DNA of 64,000 bases from an uncultured virus (IMG/VR IMGVR_UViG_3300032227_001252) (lineage: Duplodnaviria > Heunggongvirae > Uroviricota > Caudoviricetes), in the IMG/VR virus record IMGVR_UViG_3300032227_001252. The stretch is one strand, 5' to 3'. How positions within the stretch are numbered: position 1 is the stretch's first letter; each line of letters starts with the position of its first letter. The position numbers were made by a program, and so were the translations under genes. The notes under the pieces were generated by a model. It ran no database searches. It worked only from the letters and a program-made list of their open reading frames with translations, and was not told the DNA's origin. This document shows positions 63,069-64,000 of this stretch, in pieces.

Positions 63069-63992
63069 CTATTCCTGTGGCTGGATGAAGACAGAGTAGA
63101 GGCCCGGGCGCGGCTTATTGCGGGCCTCGAGCACATCCAGAGCGGCGTTGACCCGCTTCGCCTTCGCGATCGAGGCCGGGGTGTTCCGGGGCTTCGCGTA
63201 CTTCTCCCGGAGGAAGCGGTACTCCGGGTCCGAGCCCGGAGGCGCGGAGTCACGGAGCACCTTCCACTGCTCGAAGTTCATGAGGCTGTTCAGCGCTTCT
63301 GCGACTACACGACCTGCGGCATGTTCCGCATCTCGCGACGGCCTTTCAAAGAGTGCGGACACGGCCTTGTACAACTCCGAGGCGTAGTGGGCCTCTTCGA
63401 GACTACGAGCAGCCTTGAACTCGAGCGGCTGCCCGGCGTTGTCCGTCAAGTTGAGGCTCTTCATGAAGGCGTTGTCGTGGCTGTGTTCCAGCGGACTGTG
63501 GCTTGCATACCCGGCGATGCTTCCTCTCCACGACAGAACACTCTCCAGAGGCCCCACCTTGCTGTAGTACGCTTTCACGAACTGCCCGAAGACAGTGACG
63601 ATAGAGTCGGCGGTTCCTTCGAGGATCACACCCCAGATGCGGCGCGTGTTCTGGACCATCATGTTCAGGGTGTATCCGGGACCATAGTCGTCGAAGACGA
63701 TGGGCTTCCCGTCCATCATCAGAGGCGTGTTCGGGTTGTACACATCGTCCGTGCTGAGGCAGAACTTGGCGAACGCTTCTGCGAGCGCCTGCTCTGGGTC
63801 TGCAATGGCACCAAGACGCCCCGATGCCGTGTTCAGCCCCGAGGACAACAGCGCCTGCATGTACTGCATGACAGAGCGGCTGATCTCGGCGTGTCGGCGG
63901 CCCTTCGGCCCCATGTGCTCGTCGATCTTCTCGGCGCACCGCATGACCATCTGCACAGCAGTCCCGAAGTTGTCCTGCATCACGGGCGGCAA
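63069..63992 (-). CDS. hypothetical protein, probably 5'-truncated by the window edge
   Basis: Frame stays open to the end of the window. Confidence 0.55.
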   Translation of the reverse strand: MPPVMQDNFGTAVQMVMRCAEKIDEHMGPKGRRHAEISRSVMQYMQALLSSGLNTASGRLGAIADPEQALAEAFAKFCLSTDDVYNPNTPLMMDGKPIVFDDYGPGYTLNMMVQNTRRIWGVILEGTADSIVTVFGQFVKAYYSKVGPLESVLSWRGSIAGYASHSPLEHSHDNAFMKSLNLTDNAGQPLEFKAARSLEEAHYASELYKAVSALFERPSRDAEHAAGRVVAEALNSLMNFEQWKVLRDSAPPGSDPEYRFLREKYAKPRNTPASIAKAKRVNAALDVLEARNKPRPGLYSVFIQPQE

Positions 63993-64000
63993 GCACGGCA

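Overview
The whole 64 kb window reads as part of a large, GC-rich bacterial virus genome: tightly packed, mostly minus-strand, translationally coupled ORFs, with no rRNA, housekeeping operons or integrase. No capsid, terminase or portal gene is recognisable in this window. Layout: (i) 1.9-15 kb fibre/adhesin-like structural genes with an embedded actin-like ATPase; (ii) 15-30 kb replication/recombination block (Rad50-like ATPase, UDG-fused family A DNA polymerase, SSB-like, Sak4-like ATPase, PD-(D/E)XK nuclease, RdgC, RecD-like helicase, two J-domain proteins); (iii) 30-41 kb small accessory genes (IF-1, sigma factor, CYTH, WYL, GH46-like lysin, SNF2); (iv) a tRNA cluster including one non-canonical tRNA; (v) 42-64 kb a block of mostly unknown proteins plus lysozymes, SOD, CarD, a second SNF2, a second sigma factor and Nudix. 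The most striking unexplained signal is a short basic [R/K]-x-N-P motif (often RRNP). It caps N-terminal leaders and separates modules in many proteins of block (v), suggesting a protein tagging or polyprotein-processing system. A 14-bp palindromic operator (TTGAC-N4-GTCAA) overlaps several sigma70-like promoters, and several genes appear to be leaderless. The host may be a myxobacterium (weak inference). All family assignments are from motif recognition by eye, not from database searches.
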